A stretch of DNA of 64,000 nt, taken from assembly GCA_027450005.1 (NCBI GenBank), contig DAIDKO010000018.1:16738-80737 (forward strand), written 5' to 3'. A program made the position numbers and the translations under genes. Within the stretch, counting starts at the first letter, position 1; each line of letters opens with the position of its first letter. Origin of the DNA: Rhodanobacter sp. GTDB lineage: Bacteria > Pseudomonadota > Gammaproteobacteria > Xanthomonadales > Rhodanobacteraceae. This document shows positions 61,743 to 64,000 of the stretch, piece by piece. The notes beneath the pieces are model-generated. The model saw nothing but the letters and a program-made list of their open reading frames with translations. It was not told where the DNA came from and made no database searches.

Positions 61743-62141
61743 TCAGGTGCCCGCCGCCAGCGGGCCCGGATGGAACACGATCCTCCAGCCATCCGTATCG
61801 CGCCGCCAGCCCGTGGCGCGCCGGGTCACGCGCTCGCCCTGGCGCAGGGTGGCGGTGAGCGGATAGCACGCCTTGGCGAGCTGGCGGCAATGGGATTCGT
61901 CCGTTTCCCACGGATCCGGTTGCGGGTCGCGCTGGCGTTCGTCGAGCACGTCAAGCTCGTGTCCACGGCTGTAGCGCTTGCCATAAGCGCCCACTTCCCA
62001 GAAATCCTCCGCCGTCATCGTGCGATGGTCGGCCCGCGTGGTACCGAATTGCGGGCGATGGAAGATCGGTTCGCGCCGGCGCAGCTCCTGCAGCACGGGC
62101 AGCAGCGCTGGATCGGTGCGCAGCTAGGGTTCGCGCCTCAT
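61743..62141 (-). pseudogene. DUF4440/NTF2-like protein, probably a pseudogene
   Basis: LRRREPIFHRP, DFWEVGA.GKRYSR and GWRIVFH; the ATG overlapping the yoaA stop is followed by an in-frame TAG at 62124-62126. Confidence 0.65.
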
Positions 62142-64000
62142 GCGGCGGTCTCCTGCGGCGCGGCGGCAGGCGCGAAAAACGCCTGCACGGTCCCCAGCTC
62201 GCGCGTGCGCGGCATCAGCGGCAGACTCGCGAGGAACAGCCTGCCGTAGCCCTTGCTGACCAGGCGCGGATCGCACAGCATCAGCACGCCGCGGTCGGTG
62301 ACGCTGCGGATCAGACGCCCGGCGCCCTGCTTCAACGCGATCGCCGCGACAGGCACCTGCCAGCCCATGAACGGGTTGATGCCCTGCTGCTCCAGCGCCT
62401 CCAGTCGCGCCACCAGCACCGGATCGTCCGGCGCGGCGAACGGCAGTTTGTCGATCACCACCACGCTGAGCGCGTCGCCGGCGACGTCCACACCTTCCCA
62501 GAAACTGGCCGCGCCCAGCAGCACGCCGTGGCCGGAATGGCGGAACTCCTCCAGCAACTGGTGGCGCGGCGCCGTGCCCTGCACGAATAGCGGCCACGGC
62601 ACGCGCTCAGCCAGCAGCTCGGCGGCGCGACGCAGTGCACGGTGTGAAGTGAACAGAAGGAAGGCGCGTCCATTTGACGCCTGCAGCACCGGTAGCACCG
62701 CGTCGAGCACGCGTTCGGTGTAGTCGCGGGCGGCGGGATCTGGCAGGCCATCCGGCAGGTAGCACAACGCCTGTTCCGCATAGTCGAACGGGCTTTCAAG
62801 CAGCACCGCCCGCGGCTCGTCCAGCCCCAGCTGGCGCGCGAAGTGCTCGAATTTTCCGGCCACCGACAGCGTGGCCGAAGTGAATATCCATGCCGCCTGG
62901 CTGCGTTCGCGCATCGTGCGCAGCGGCGCGGCCAGATCCAGCGGCGTGGCGTGCAGGGCAAAGCCGCGCGGGAAGAGTTCGTACCAGCGCACGTCGCGCC
63001 CAGATGCCTGTTCGAGGATGCGTTCCAGCCGGTCGGCCAGCATCGCGGCACGCTCATGGGCATTGGCGAAACCACGCGAGCGCTCGGCCTGCGAGGCGAG
63101 CAGGTCGGTCAGCGTGGCCAGCAGTCCGGCCGTTTCGTGCAGCCCCTCACGCACCGCGACCGACGTTTCCAATGCCGCAAATGCGCCGCGCGGCGGCAGC
63201 GGCTCCATTGCCAGGCGTAGCTTGCGCAACGCATCCTGCAGGGCTTCGATGGGCTCCAGCAAAAGGCCGATGGCGCCGGTGACGCCGCTGCATTCGCGCA
63301 GGCTGTCCTGCGCGAGGTCGCCGAGCTGGCGCGCGCTCACGCTCTGCGAGAAGAACTGCCCGGCCAGCTCAGGTACCTGGTGCGCCTCGTCAAGGATAAA
63401 GGCCGCCGCGCCCGGTAGGATCTCGCCAAAGCCCTCCTGCTTGAGCGCCAGGTCGGCGAACAGCAGGTGGTGGTTGACCACCACGAGGTCGGCTTCCTGC
63501 GCCTCGCGGCGCGCCTTGACGACGTAACAGTCGTCGTGAAACGGACACTCCACGCCTAGGCAGTTCTCCGGCGTCGAGGTGACGCGCGGCCACAGCGGCG
63601 ACTCCTCCGGCACCTCGGCCAGCTCCATGCGGTCGCCGCGGCGCGTGCGTGCCGACCACGCGCGTATCGTCGCCAACTGCGCGGCCTGTATCTTGTCGAA
63701 ACTCACGCCCTCCCGCACCGTCTGGTCGAGCCGGTACAGGCAGAGGTAGTTCGCGCGCCCCTTCAGCAACGCGGTCTTGATGCGCGCGTCCAGTATGGAG
63801 CGCACCTTCGGCAGGTCGCGGAAGTAGAGCTGGTCCTGCAGTGCCTTGGTGCCCGTGGAGACGATCACGCGCTCGCCCGAGCGCAACGCGGGCACCAAGT
63901 AGGCGTAGGTCTTGCCCGTGCCGGTGCCGGCTTCGGCGACCAGTGTCTCGCGCCCGACGATGGCTTCGGCCACCGCCGCCGCCATCGCCTGTTGCGCCGC
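62138..64000 (-). CDS. yoaA: DinG/YoaA family ATP-dependent DNA helicase (5' end outside the window)
   Basis: EAGTGTGKT, Fe-S Cys residues, DEAH, SFWEGVD and KQGAGRLIR; yoaA-tsaB synteny. Confidence 0.93.
   Translation of the reverse strand, partial: AAQQAMAAAVAEAIVGRETLVAEAGTGTGKTYAYLVPALRSGERVIVSTGTKALQDQLYFRDLPKVRSILDARIKTALLKGRANYLCLYRLDQTVREGVSFDKIQAAQLATIRAWSARTRRGDRMELAEVPEESPLWPRVTSTPENCLGVECPFHDDCYVVKARREAQEADLVVVNHHLLFADLALKQEGFGEILPGAAAFILDEAHQVPELAGQFFSQSVSARQLGDLAQDSLRECSGVTGAIGLLLEPIEALQDALRKLRLAMEPLPPRGAFAALETSVAVREGLHETAGLLATLTDLLASQAERSRGFANAHERAAMLADRLERILEQASGRDVRWYELFPRGFALHATPLDLAAPLRTMRERSQAAWIFTSATLSVAGKFEHFARQLGLDEPRAVLLESPFDYAEQALCYLPDGLPDPAARDYTERVLDAVLPVLQASNGRAFLLFTSHRALRRAAELLAERVPWPLFVQGTAPRHQLLEEFRHSGHGVLLGAASFWEGVDVAGDALSVVVIDKLPFAAPDDPVLVARLEALEQQGINPFMGWQVPVAAIALKQGAGRLIRSVTDRGVLMLCDPRLVSKGYGRLFLASLPLMPRTRELGTVQAFFAPAAAPQETAA

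Overview
High-GC (~65-68%) gammaproteobacterial chromosome segment. Gene content and protein style suggest Xanthomonadales, probably Rhodanobacteraceae (inference). Almost all of it is core genome: a partial tRNA-Asn, ppnN, an Oar-like TonB-dependent receptor, marC/SDR/grxD, sodB, the pyrH-frr-uppS-cdsA-dxr-rseP-bamA-lpxD-fabZ-lpxA-lpxB-rnhB-dnaE cluster, pilUT, proC-yggT, dsbC-xerD, PHB depolymerase, trmJ/suhB, hda-purMN, murA-bolA, kdsDC-lptCAB-rpoN-hpf-hprK-rapZ-PTS, yeiE/yeiH, tsaB and yoaA. The non-core material is small and mostly decayed: a broken tnpB, plus DUF2164, methyltransferase and DUF4440 pseudogenes, and an internally deleted but still open mini-creD. The most striking unexplained structure is a ~576-bp non-coding element (34660-35235) between two convergent genes. 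It has two inverted ~280-bp arms with ~60-bp terminal inverted repeats, and each arm carries four hairpins whose loops match or decay from the CsrA/RsmA-binding motif CA(N)GGA(N)G. It is a candidate mobile, bidirectional CsrA/RsmA-sponge RNA element. A second candidate structured RNA lies directly upstream of the tnpB remnant. No CRISPR array, rRNA, prophage or intact transposase was seen.
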